Source of the DNA: an uncultured Acidobacteriota bacterium
Lineage (GTDB): Bacteria > Acidobacteriota > UBA6911
Direction of reading: 5' to 3'
Length of the DNA stretch: 64,000 nucleotides
Assembly (NCBI GenBank): GCA_963827655.1
Contig: CAWHCF010000026.1
Coordinates: forward strand, 192,001 to 256,000
Each line of letters opens with the position of its first letter. Position 1 is the first letter of the stretch. The position numbers were made by a program, and so were the translations under genes. The notes under the pieces were generated by a model. It ran no database searches. It was not told the DNA's origin and worked only from the letters and a program-made list of their open reading frames with translations. Positions 9,770 through 19,029 of the stretch are shown one piece after another.

Positions 9770-11269
9770 TCACTTCAGGCGGTTCAATGTATAGGCGGCG
9801 ATCCTGGTCGCGAGCGCCTCGCCGTCGAGACCCTTGATGCCGCTAGGCCTCAGCTCGTAGACCCGCCCAGGCAGGAGTTTCTCGAGCTTCAGCAAGACGC
9901 GGAGACCGTCCTCCGAAACGGAAACTTCGGTGACCCGCGCGGGTGTCACGTCGGTTTTGGGCGATCCGTATTGGGCGTGATACCGGTAGTAGTAGTGGGT
10001 GAACGAATACGCCGCCGGAGCTTGAGCCGTGGATCGATCGACCGGCTTGGTGAAAGTCAGTTCGAATCCGCTCTCCGTCAGTCGCATTCGGAGAATGTCC
10101 ATGGGCACTTTGCCGGTCCAGACGATTCGCTGAAGCCCCTCGGTAGGGCCCCAGACCCGCATGGTTTGAGCAGTGTAGAGACTCGAGCCATCGGGAGAGA
10201 ATGCCAGCCGGTGGTTGCCGGTTCGAAGATTGTTGCCGTCGATGAGAATGAAACATGCCCCCTGATACTCACCGCCGACTTTCTCGAGATCGGCCCGCAG
10301 GATCCGCGGGTAGGTCCACTCAGCCACAATAAACTGACCGGTGTAGGGGCCGAACTTGCCGGCCGTCCGGTCGAGCAGCGGCTGGGCGGTCGATCCCGCC
10401 ATGTCGTTCTGGGGGAATTGAATCGCCGGCATCTTGCGTCGTTTGGCCAGAGACTCGATGCTGGCTTCGACCGGATCGCCGTCAAAAGTGGGATCCCAGT
10501 TCAAGGATGACGGATGGCCGTGGAAGGCGCCCTGCGTGACGTGATGCAGCGGAGAGGTGCCGACCCAGTCGCCCTGGTTGTCGGTCGCGAACAGGTCCCC
10601 TTCGGCGTTGAAAGCCAGCCCATTGGGCTGGCGAAAACCGCAGGAAATTGGGAGGAATTTGCCTTCGGGCGTGATCTTGACCACGCAGCCGCGATACGGC
10701 ACCGGGGAATAGTGACCCACGCGGTTTACCTTCCCCTCCTGGGCTTCCCGAGCTAATCGGCCTCGTGTCGTAAGCTCGCCGCGGGTCGGCGGTCGGGGAT
10801 TGGCGCCGTCCGAGGCGAGACCCAGTGAGATGTAGAAGTTGCCTGCGGCATCCCGTAAGGGTCCACCGATGAACTCGTGGTAATTTCCCGACATTCCCCA
10901 CGCATCGCAGATCGTTTCAAAAGTGTCGGCCGCTCCGTCGCCGTTCGTGTCGGCTACGCGGGTAAGTTCCGGCAGATGCGCAACGAAGAATTCCCCCGCC
11001 TTGCCGGGCAGGATTCCGAGCGGCGTTTGCAGGCCGGAGGCAAATTTCTTCCAGCCTGAAGTCGCCGGATCCAGCGCATAAATGTATCCGCGCCGGAAGC
11101 AGGCATAGAGCTTTCCGTCTCCTGCGAATGCGATCGAGCTGACTTCAGCTGCGATGCCTGGAGGGGTGGCGATGGTTTCGACACGGTAGCTGTCGGGAGG
11201 AACCTGTGCGGTGCCGGCCCGTGGGGTAAGAAGCAGCCACGCAGCCCCCGCAAGCAGCAGCCTCTTCAT
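9770..11269 (-). CDS. Secreted glucose/sorbosone dehydrogenase-like beta-propeller (PVC/Acidobacteria type)
   Basis: Signal MKRLLLAGAAWLLL; GNYHEF, GFRQPNG, DNQGDW motifs; paired with upstream cytochrome c gene. Confidence 0.7.
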   Translation of the reverse strand: MKRLLLAGAAWLLLTPRAGTAQVPPDSYRVETIATPPGIAAEVSSIAFAGDGKLYACFRRGYIYALDPATSGWKKFASGLQTPLGILPGKAGEFFVAHLPELTRVADTNGDGAADTFETICDAWGMSGNYHEFIGGPLRDAAGNFYISLGLASDGANPRPPTRGELTTRGRLAREAQEGKVNRVGHYSPVPYRGCVVKITPEGKFLPISCGFRQPNGLAFNAEGDLFATDNQGDWVGTSPLHHVTQGAFHGHPSSLNWDPTFDGDPVEASIESLAKRRKMPAIQFPQNDMAGSTAQPLLDRTAGKFGPYTGQFIVAEWTYPRILRADLEKVGGEYQGACFILIDGNNLRTGNHRLAFSPDGSSLYTAQTMRVWGPTEGLQRIVWTGKVPMDILRMRLTESGFELTFTKPVDRSTAQAPAAYSFTHYYYRYHAQYGSPKTDVTPARVTEVSVSEDGLRVLLKLEKLLPGRVYELRPSGIKGLDGEALATRIAAYTLNRLK

Positions 11270-11274
11270 TCGTT

Positions 11275-13710
11275 CTACTCCTGTTTGGTGACCGTGACCT
11301 CGAACTTCACTTCGGTTCCACGAGGGATCTTGAGTTTCCCGTCCTCGAATCGGCCGATAGTAGAACTCAGCACTACTCCGCTGGTGCCGCCGGAGAGCAG
11401 CCACATGGGACGATCCACGCGGAGAATCTTGAACTCCCGCGTCAAGCCCTTGCCGCTCTTTTCCGGCAGAATCCGCTCGTAAACATCGATGCCATCAACC
11501 TGGTAGTGAAATTGCGGATACCCGTCGATCAACCGGTAGCCGCGAAAGCGCCGGTTGCCCACGTGGTCGGTCGCGCCGATTCGCAAAGGGAACTCATCGG
11601 ATCGATAAAAGATCTCGCCGATCAGTTTCGCGGTCGGCGTGAGCCGGGTTTCGTCCACTTTGCGTCGCAAGGTCCCGGACATATCGACAAAACCGCCGTA
11701 CCAGGCGTAGCGCAGCCGGCATTCCGCGGCATCGAAACAATAGGAGATCTTGCCGGGCATTCCGACGGCAATGGCGGCCGGCGTAGCTTCCGGCATGTCC
11801 CAACGGATGACGATCGCTTCCCGGTCCGGCACCGGTTTCTCTTCGCCCCCGAGCAAGCCGCCGGCGGCCCTGAGCCCTTCGGGGAGTGGCATGGATTCTC
11901 CCATCGCGAGAGCGGTCCAGAGAGTCTGGATTACTTTATCGGCTTCGTCGCGCTTCATCGTTCGAAAGTAGCTGGGCATGGAGGTGCCGGAAAGAATCCG
12001 GACTGGATCGCGCATCCATCTCTCGAACCAGTCGTAGCGGAGACGATGGGCAACGTCGATCAGTTGCGGCCCGTTTTCACCTTGAGATCTGAACGCTCCC
12101 CAGTCGTGACACCCGATGCAGGCCATGCCTCCCTTCTTCAAGTTCATTCCGATCAAATCCACGCCTCGCGTCCGCGACGCATCATTGGAAGGGGGTGGAG
12201 GCCCGGCGCCGGGCTCAACACCGCTCGCTTGGGCAAACCCATCGATGAGCGGCTTGACGGCGCGCGCTTCATAATGAGGCATACGAAGCTCGAGCCAGTT
12301 GAGGACTCGCTTTCGATTGGTCAGCACTTCGGCGATCCAGCCGGTGCGCAGCTTTGCGCCGGTGTCGGTCAGCGGCGGTGCGGCTTCGGCGGGAGATCCA
12401 CTGGGCCCCCGGCTATCGATCTGGTGACAGGCCACGCAGCGCAGCCGCTCGATGCTGCGCCGGAATGCGTAGACCGGGGCCGGACTCCGGTCGGGATGTC
12501 CCTGGTAGCTGAGCAAAAACGCCCGGATGGCACGGCGGGAGGCCGCATCCAGACGATAGCGCGGAACGCCTTTCGGCTCGTCCGACAGGCAGCCTTGCTC
12601 GAGCCGGAGTTTCTCGAGACGCGGCGTCTTCAGCCCGTTGACCAGCCTTGATGGATCATCGAGGGCGTGACAGGCGAGACAGCCTCTGGCGATGACGATC
12701 TCCTTGCCACGGACCCGATCGCCTTCTTCCCAGGGTTCTTCGAAAGCCCGGTTGCGCGATTCGACCAGGAACGAAGCCAGGCGGAAGGCTTCCTCATCGG
12801 TCAACATCAGCGAAGGCATACGACCGCTCGGGTCTACCGTGGACGGGTCTTTGAGGTAGGCGGCCAGCGAGGAAAGCGTCATTTTCGACCCGATGCCCTC
12901 GAGAGAAAGATCCGACTGTTGATGGCAGGCAGCGCAGCCGAATGATCCATAGAGTTGCTTGCCGTGATTGAGATCTTGCCGGGAGGGTTTCTTGGGATCG
13001 CGCGCGGGAATGCTTTCGGTTAGAGAGCTAAGATAGCTGGCCACGTCCCGGCGCTCTCGATCGTCGAGCATCGCGGGCATGACGGCGCCGGCGCGGTGCG
13101 CGGAAGCATCCTCCAGCCATTTATAGAGCCAGCGCGCCTGCGTGCGGGAACCAACACGAGTGAGGTCCGGACCAGGGCGCGCTTCGAGTCGCGCCGCAGC
13201 GCTCGCGTGGCAGTTCACGCAGCCGAGTTCTTCGACTAGATAACGACCCTGCTCTACAATCGCGTCGTCGCCGCTGGTTGAGGTCGACGCCTGATGCCAG
13301 AACAGCGAGCCAGGAACCGGTTCGAGCGCAAAATGGTTCGACTTCCATAGAATCTGCACGCGCGCCACACCGGGTTTGCGACGGTAATGGATTCGGATGG
13401 GGTGCCGGCCGGAATCAAGCTGGATGGTTTTGCCGGTGACCGCGGCTCCGTTGATGTTGATTTCGGCAGCGCTTTCGAACGTGTAAGCGCCGGTCTGGAG
13501 GACCGAGAGCAGCCCGGTCCATTCCGCCTCGAACTCGCTTTCGAGCGCTGGATGCACCGATTCGTCTGATTTGAGGTAAAAGTTCGGTGTGGGAACCACG
13601 AGCTTGACGCTGTGATTTCGGTCGCGGTACGTCGCCACGAGGCCGGGTAGTGAGTCCTGACTCGCAGCAGGAGGAGAAACCGGCGCAGCCAGGAGAATGA
13701 AGAACGACAA
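11275..13710 (-). CDS. PA14-like domain + five cytochrome c domains
   Basis: 5 CxxCH (CVNCH, CAACH, CLACH, CVACH, CIGCH), most followed by a distal MP motif; N-terminal FEAEWTG...YTF PA14-like segment. Confidence 0.75.
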   Translation of the reverse strand: MSFFILLAAPVSPPAASQDSLPGLVATYRDRNHSVKLVVPTPNFYLKSDESVHPALESEFEAEWTGLLSVLQTGAYTFESAAEININGAAVTGKTIQLDSGRHPIRIHYRRKPGVARVQILWKSNHFALEPVPGSLFWHQASTSTSGDDAIVEQGRYLVEELGCVNCHASAAARLEARPGPDLTRVGSRTQARWLYKWLEDASAHRAGAVMPAMLDDRERRDVASYLSSLTESIPARDPKKPSRQDLNHGKQLYGSFGCAACHQQSDLSLEGIGSKMTLSSLAAYLKDPSTVDPSGRMPSLMLTDEEAFRLASFLVESRNRAFEEPWEEGDRVRGKEIVIARGCLACHALDDPSRLVNGLKTPRLEKLRLEQGCLSDEPKGVPRYRLDAASRRAIRAFLLSYQGHPDRSPAPVYAFRRSIERLRCVACHQIDSRGPSGSPAEAAPPLTDTGAKLRTGWIAEVLTNRKRVLNWLELRMPHYEARAVKPLIDGFAQASGVEPGAGPPPPSNDASRTRGVDLIGMNLKKGGMACIGCHDWGAFRSQGENGPQLIDVAHRLRYDWFERWMRDPVRILSGTSMPSYFRTMKRDEADKVIQTLWTALAMGESMPLPEGLRAAGGLLGGEEKPVPDREAIVIRWDMPEATPAAIAVGMPGKISYCFDAAECRLRYAWYGGFVDMSGTLRRKVDETRLTPTAKLIGEIFYRSDEFPLRIGATDHVGNRRFRGYRLIDGYPQFHYQVDGIDVYERILPEKSGKGLTREFKILRVDRPMWLLSGGTSGVVLSSTIGRFEDGKLKIPRGTEVKFEVTVTKQE

Positions 13711-13769
13711 AATCTTCGATATTCTTTTGGTCTTCCGGCCCTGGTGATGAATTTGGTGACGAATTTGGC

Positions 13770-14582
13770 CTAGAATTTTAAGATGACCTCCTGAGGTATT
13801 CCCTTACTGGTCGGGACTCGCAAGGTGAAGCCGGTGCGGTTAGACGGCGGATTCTGGAGCGAGAAATAGAGGAACCGATCCCGCGACAGGGAGCGCTGAA
13901 TCATCTGGGTCGAATGCGCCTTGTCCCGAAAATCTTTCTCGACCAGTTGCTTCTCGAACTGAGACAGGTCCCCGACATCTCCCGTGCCTCCACCCGGATT
14001 GAGTACTACATCCACTCCGGGGGTGCCCATCGGTCCGCCGTAGGTACCCCGACGGTCGTACCTGGGATCTCCGGTGCGGCGGGCGCGAGGGTCGTTGGGG
14101 TCGTATCTTGGATCATTGGGATCGAGCGACGGATCGTAGCGCGGATCCGCCGGATCGGTCCGCGGATCTCCGGTGCGGACGCCCGGGTTTACGGCGACGG
14201 GCCGCTTCTCCTTCACCTGCGCCGACACAACCAGACCCTGCAGAACCGCTTGGGCCACTGCTTCAGGCGGTACCGGAGCGACCGGATTTCCGTCCGGGCC
14301 GATGAGCTGCAATTGCTCGAGCGGCAGCACTACCTCTTCGTTTCCGCCATTGACGACCGCCAGTCGGACCGAAATGACATTCGAGGGAGACAGTTCCTTG
14401 TAGAAATAGTCGTCCTGGTCTTTGCCCTCGAGCAGCAGATCGGCCGCGTAGGTGACTCCGGCGGCCGAGGTATGCACCTGAAATTGTTCCGGTTTTTTCG
14501 GCTTGACCAGTTTGACCTTGAACCCGGCCAGCGCGGGGATTATGAAGCCCATGACTCCAATCAGTGCAATAGTTTTTCTCAT
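13770..14582 (-). CDS. Secreted hypothetical protein with DP(R/N) repeat linker
   Basis: Signal MRKTIALIGVMGFIIPALA; GDPRTDPADPRYDPSLDPNDPRYDPNDPR tract. Confidence 0.7.
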   Translation of the reverse strand: MRKTIALIGVMGFIIPALAGFKVKLVKPKKPEQFQVHTSAAGVTYAADLLLEGKDQDDYFYKELSPSNVISVRLAVVNGGNEEVVLPLEQLQLIGPDGNPVAPVPPEAVAQAVLQGLVVSAQVKEKRPVAVNPGVRTGDPRTDPADPRYDPSLDPNDPRYDPNDPRARRTGDPRYDRRGTYGGPMGTPGVDVVLNPGGGTGDVGDLSQFEKQLVEKDFRDKAHSTQMIQRSLSRDRFLYFSLQNPPSNRTGFTLRVPTSKGIPQEVILKF

Positions 14583-14729
14583 GGCCTTCTCCTTAATGCC
14601 CACATTGTGAACCAACTTTATACCGTCTGGCTAGTCCCTTCTCGCATAGCCGGATTCTTGATAGGCTATAGAGCTCCTGGTGTTTGTTGGTGTCTTCGTG
14701 GTTAGTGCGGCGAAACGATGGAGGTGGTG

Positions 14730-16260
14730 ATGCCCATTCTGGCTCGGCCTGGATGTGGGAACGACGGGAACTCGCGCGGTCGTGGTCGACGAGTCGGGGA
14801 AAGTCTGCGCGGCCGCTTCAAGCGACCACGCTCCTATGGCCCAACCCCAGCCGACCTGGGCCGAACAGGATCCCGAGGACTGGTGGCGGGCGGCCCAGGA
14901 GGCTATCCGCGCCGCGCTCAGTCGGGGCAATTGCCGCCGCGGCGACATCGCAGGGATCGGGCTCTCGGGGCAGATGCACGGAGCAGTGCTGCTCGATGAA
15001 CGTCATCAGGTGATTCGCCCTTCGATCATCTGGTGCGACCAGCGCAGCCAGGCAGAGGCCGATTGGCTTACTGAACGAATCGGGAGCGCGCGTCTCAAAG
15101 AGATTACCTGCAATCCCGCCCTCACCGGATTCACGCTCCCCAAACTCCTGTGGGTGAGAGATCACGAACCCGCACACTATGCCCGCATGCGAATGCTTCT
15201 TCTGCCCAAGGACTATGTGCGCTTCCGGCTCACAGGGGAATTCGCTACCGAGGTCTCGGATGCGTCCGGAACTCTGCTTCTGGACGTGCCGCGGCGGAAA
15301 TGGTCTGACGCGATTCTGGAGGCTCTTGGCCTGGATTCGCGCCGCCTGCCGCGCGTTGCTGAATCGGTCGAGGCCACGACTAGTGTCAGCGCCGAAGCGG
15401 CGGCCGCTACCGGTCTTGAAGCGCGCACAGCGGTGGTTGGAGGCGGCGGAGATCAGGCGGCCGGCGGCGTGGGTAACGGTATTGTCGAGCCCGGTATTGT
15501 CAGCTCCACGATCGGGAGCAGCGGCGTGCTTTTTGCCCACACGAATGCGCCTCATCTCGATCCTCATGGCCGCGTCCATACCTTCTGTCACGCCGCGCCG
15601 CTGCGCTGGCATGTGATGGCGGTGACTCAGGGCGCGGGGCTGTCGCTGCGCTGGTTTCGCGACAATTTCGCCGCGGGCGAAATCGTCGAGGCGCGCGAAA
15701 CCGGAATTGATCCCTATGAGCTCATGACCGGGGAAGCCGCCGGCGCTCCGCCGGGGTGCGAAGGACTCCTTTATCTCCCGTACCTGATGGGAGAACGAAC
15801 TCCTCATCTCGATCCTCTGGCCCGCGGCGTATTCTTTGGGCTTACGGCCCGGCACACGCGCGCGCACATGATTCGCGCGATTCTCGAAGGTGTGGCTTAT
15901 TCGCTTCGCGATGGCCTGGAAATCTTTCAGGAAATGGGCGTCCCTTCGGCGCAGATTCGAGCCTCGGGCGGCGGAGGGCGCAGCTTGCTGTGGCGGCAAA
16001 TCCAGGCCGATGTATTCAACCGTGAAATGGTGACGATTAACACCACGGAAGGATCCGCTTACGGTGCCGCCTTGCTCGCGGCCGCAGGCACGGGAGGCTT
16101 CGGATCCGTGGAGGAGGCATGCCGCGCCTGCATCCGTGTCACGGAGCGTTGCCAGCCTGCGCGCGAGCGCGTCCGGATGTACGACGATTACTACGCTGTT
16201 TACCGCGGCCTCTATACTCGTTTACGAGACTCCTTCCGCGCCGTGGCGGAAATCAGGTGA
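14730..16260 (+). CDS. xylB: Xylulokinase (extra C just after ATG)
   Basis: GGAGG RBS then ATG-CCC-A; FWLGLDVGTTG, IGLSGQMHG, IIWCDQRS, GGGDQAAG, LPYLMGERTP FGGY-kinase motifs. Confidence 0.9.
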
Positions 16261-16279
16261 CAGGCTACGCTCTTTCCTG
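16257..16279. repeat. GGTGACAGGCTAC-type REP-like repeat
   Basis: Same core at 51194, 52008 and inverted at 51260-51286. Confidence 0.6.
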
Positions 16280-16484
16280 TTTTGGGTGAGCACGGACGCA
16301 GGTTGGTAGCAATGAAATGCGCCCGGGTCGGAGGCAGCCATAGCTTCGAATGCAATGCTTCGTGGCCAGGCCTCAGAACGGCCGGCAGTGCGTAGCCCCC
16401 GGCCGCTAAGGCCAGAGGAAATCCGGGTCTCGACAACCATGAGCGCCGATAGCGTGCAACACAGCCGGAGTGCGCGGAGCCGTT

Positions 16485-16662
16485 CGGCCCTCGGACTCGA
16501 GGGTCTTCCAGTTCCCCGCCCGTGACTGGCGCGGGCTATTTCCTGCCGGGCCTTCGGCCCTGGGTAACGGCACCCCAGAGCTTCTGTGCTTGCGAATGTC
16601 CAAAGTCCAAGGCGATAGCAAGCTTCGCCGAACCAAGGCGGTAGCAGGGTACCGCACTCCAA
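16485..16662. repeat. Composite REP-like cluster (GGGCCTTCGGCCC element + GCGGTAGC...TACCGCACTCCA element)
   Basis: 16543-16612 matches 3-70; 16617-16662 matches 24565-24609. Confidence 0.7.
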
Positions 16663-16725
16663 GGGCGCCGGCGCCACCGGATTTCACATTTGGCCTTCAG
16701 GTTTGTTATATAGGGCGAGAACGAT

Positions 16726-17220
16726 ATGACCGTGCCGCCCATCTCATTCGATCAGCTGGTTCAACATCACCGGAGGGAGATTCTCGCGTATCTGATCCGG
16801 GTGCTCGGCAACGTTCACGACGCCGAAGACGTGTGCCAGGACGCGTTGATCCGCGCCTACCGGTCCTTCGATCCCGTGATACTCAACTCGAACGCGAGGG
16901 CATGGCTCTATCGGATTGCGACCAATTCGGCATTGAATGCCTTGAAGCGGCGCAGGCGCGCTGCGGCCCGGGAAGTTTCACTCGCCGCTGTGGAGCGAAT
17001 TCCCGCTTCGGTCCACGATTTCGACCAGCGCGAGCGGCTTCGCCGGGTTGCCCTGGCCGTAGATCAGCTTCCCCCCAGGCAGCGAGCCGCGCTGATGCAG
17101 CGCCGGTTTCATGACCTGAGTTACGAAGAAATCGCAGTCTCGCTGAACTGCAACGCAACGACCGCGCGCGCTCATGTCTACCAGGCAATAAAAAAGCTCA
17201 GGCAGGCGGCGTCAGAGTGA
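16726..17220 (+). CDS. ECF sigma-70 factor
   Basis: DAEDVCQDALIRAY, AWLYRIATN (region 2); LPPRQRAAL...LSYEEIAVSL (region 4). Confidence 0.9.
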   Translation: MTVPPISFDQLVQHHRREILAYLIRVLGNVHDAEDVCQDALIRAYRSFDPVILNSNARAWLYRIATNSALNALKRRRRAAAREVSLAAVERIPASVHDFDQRERLRRVALAVDQLPPRQRAALMQRRFHDLSYEEIAVSLNCNATTARAHVYQAIKKLRQAASE

Positions 17221-17963
17221 ACTCGGGTGAACGAGTGAAAAAAGCGCGTAAAACATCACGAATCTATAAAGGCGCTTCCAATATGCGAAAACCGGTCCAC
17301 GACGAGTTGATTGCTTCGTTGCTTGGGGACGTCAAGGACTCGCCTTCCCTGGAGCGTTGGGCTTCCGCCGCCGAAGGCCGGCGAGATTTGAGTGAATTTC
17401 AGGAAGTGTTGGATTCGCTCGATTCGTTGTACCGCCAGGTCTCCCTTCCGGAAGAGCGCCCCCCTGTCTACTACGCCGGAATGGAAGGCCCGATTGGAGA
17501 CCTCTGGATGGCGGTGACGGACAAGGGACTCATGAGGGTGTCATTCGCTCAGGATGAGACGTCCTTCATCACCGAAATTCACGAACGGACCCGCGCCGAG
17601 GTCCTCCCCTCTTCGGAGAAACTGGGCAGGATCGTAGCCGAATTGAGGGAATACTTCTCTGGAACTCGTTCGAGATTTGACTTTGACATCGATCTCAGCC
17701 TGGTGACCCCGTTTCAACGTCGCGTGTTGCAGGCTGCCGCCAATATTCCCATGGGGCAGGTCATCACGTACGGTGAGCTGGCCGGACGAATCGGTCAACC
17801 GATGGCCTGCCGCGCAGTCGGGCAGGCACTGGGGAGGAATCCTATTCCGGTGGTCATACCGTGCCATCGCATTGTGGGTGGTGGCGGGGGAATCGGTGGT
17901 TATACGGGCGGCTTGCACATAAAGCGGAAATTGCTGGAGCTCGAAGGAGTCGCGATCGATTGA
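17217..17963 (+). CDS. ogt: Methylated-DNA-protein-cysteine methyltransferase with N-terminal extension (alternative start 17283)
   Basis: TPFQRRV, IPMGQVITYGELA, RAVGQALGRNPIPVVIPCHRIV active-site motif. Confidence 0.85.
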   Translation: MNSGERVKKARKTSRIYKGASNMRKPVHDELIASLLGDVKDSPSLERWASAAEGRRDLSEFQEVLDSLDSLYRQVSLPEERPPVYYAGMEGPIGDLWMAVTDKGLMRVSFAQDETSFITEIHERTRAEVLPSSEKLGRIVAELREYFSGTRSRFDFDIDLSLVTPFQRRVLQAAANIPMGQVITYGELAGRIGQPMACRAVGQALGRNPIPVVIPCHRIVGGGGGIGGYTGGLHIKRKLLELEGVAID

Positions 17964-17999
17964 CGATTGACGATTTGACGATTGACGATTGACGATTTG
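17957..17999. repeat. Heptamer array (GATTGAC)n; inverted partner at 18912-18931
   Basis: CGATTGA x~6; TCAATCG x~3 downstream. Confidence 0.85.
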
Positions 18000-18022
18000 C
18001 GTCCTGGTGGTTGATTTTTTAA

Positions 18023-18700
18023 ATGGCTCACGCAGCGAAAGAGATGAGATTCCTCGCCACGCCGGAGAAGGGGGAGGTCTCCGCCCTGTTCGTGCGGCCC
18101 GGCGACGCGAGCCACCTCCTCGTCCTCGGCCACGGAGCCAGTACGAATATGCGACACGCCACCCTGCAGACCATCGCGGATCGGATGGCTGAGGCGGGCA
18201 TAGCGACCTTCCGCTACAACTTTCCCTACATGGAGCACGGCAGAGGGCGCGATTCTCGGGAGGTCTGCACAGCGACCGTCCGCGCAGCGGTCGCGGTCGC
18301 GCGCATGGCTGCCCTCGACCTCCGCCTCCTGGCCGGCGGCCATTCCTTCGGCGGGCGCATGACCTCCACCGCAGCCTCAGAATCCCCTCTCGATGGCGTA
18401 CACGGCCTGGTTTTCTTCTCCTTCCCCTTACATCAGCCCGGCAGCCCCGACACGAAGCGCGCGGACCACCTCGGCGCGGTCACGGTCCCGATGCTCTTCC
18501 TCAGCGGCACGCGCGACGAGCTGGCGAATCTGGACCTTCTGCAACCGGTCTGCAAAAAACTCGGCAAGCGCGCGACACTCCACCTCCTCGACACTGCCGA
18601 CCATGGCTTCCGCACGCTCAAACGCTCCCGCAAGAGCGAGGAGGACGTGTTCGTCGAGATGGCTCGCGTCGTCCGGGAGTGGGCGTCCGGTTTGCGGTGA
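18023..18700 (+). CDS. Alpha/beta hydrolase (KANL3/Tex30-like)
   Basis: LGHGAS, GGHSFGGR nucleophile elbow, SGTRD, ADHGF. Confidence 0.85.
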   Translation: MAHAAKEMRFLATPEKGEVSALFVRPGDASHLLVLGHGASTNMRHATLQTIADRMAEAGIATFRYNFPYMEHGRGRDSREVCTATVRAAVAVARMAALDLRLLAGGHSFGGRMTSTAASESPLDGVHGLVFFSFPLHQPGSPDTKRADHLGAVTVPMLFLSGTRDELANLDLLQPVCKKLGKRATLHLLDTADHGFRTLKRSRKSEEDVFVEMARVVREWASGLR

Positions 18701-19029
18701 ACATCCTCATCGTCGCCAGGACTCTGTCGTTGAAGCCCGCATGAGTCGAGATCCGAACCGAAACACACTGTCCAAGAAAAATCCGCGTGTAACGGCTTCT
18801 CTGCGATATGCTCGATCGCGGGGACTGCTGATGCATCGCGGTGATTCTGTGGTGCCATGATTCGAAAGATGTCGGCGATTGTCGTTTTGAAATCACTTAC
18901 GATTGCGTTTTTCAATCGTCAATCGTCAATCCCTTGGGGCTGTCGCCTTGATTCATCGCCCTCTTCATTGGTATTGCGTCACGCCGCCCCACATGGCTTG
19001 TACTTCCTTATCGAGGAGAGAGATTGTCT

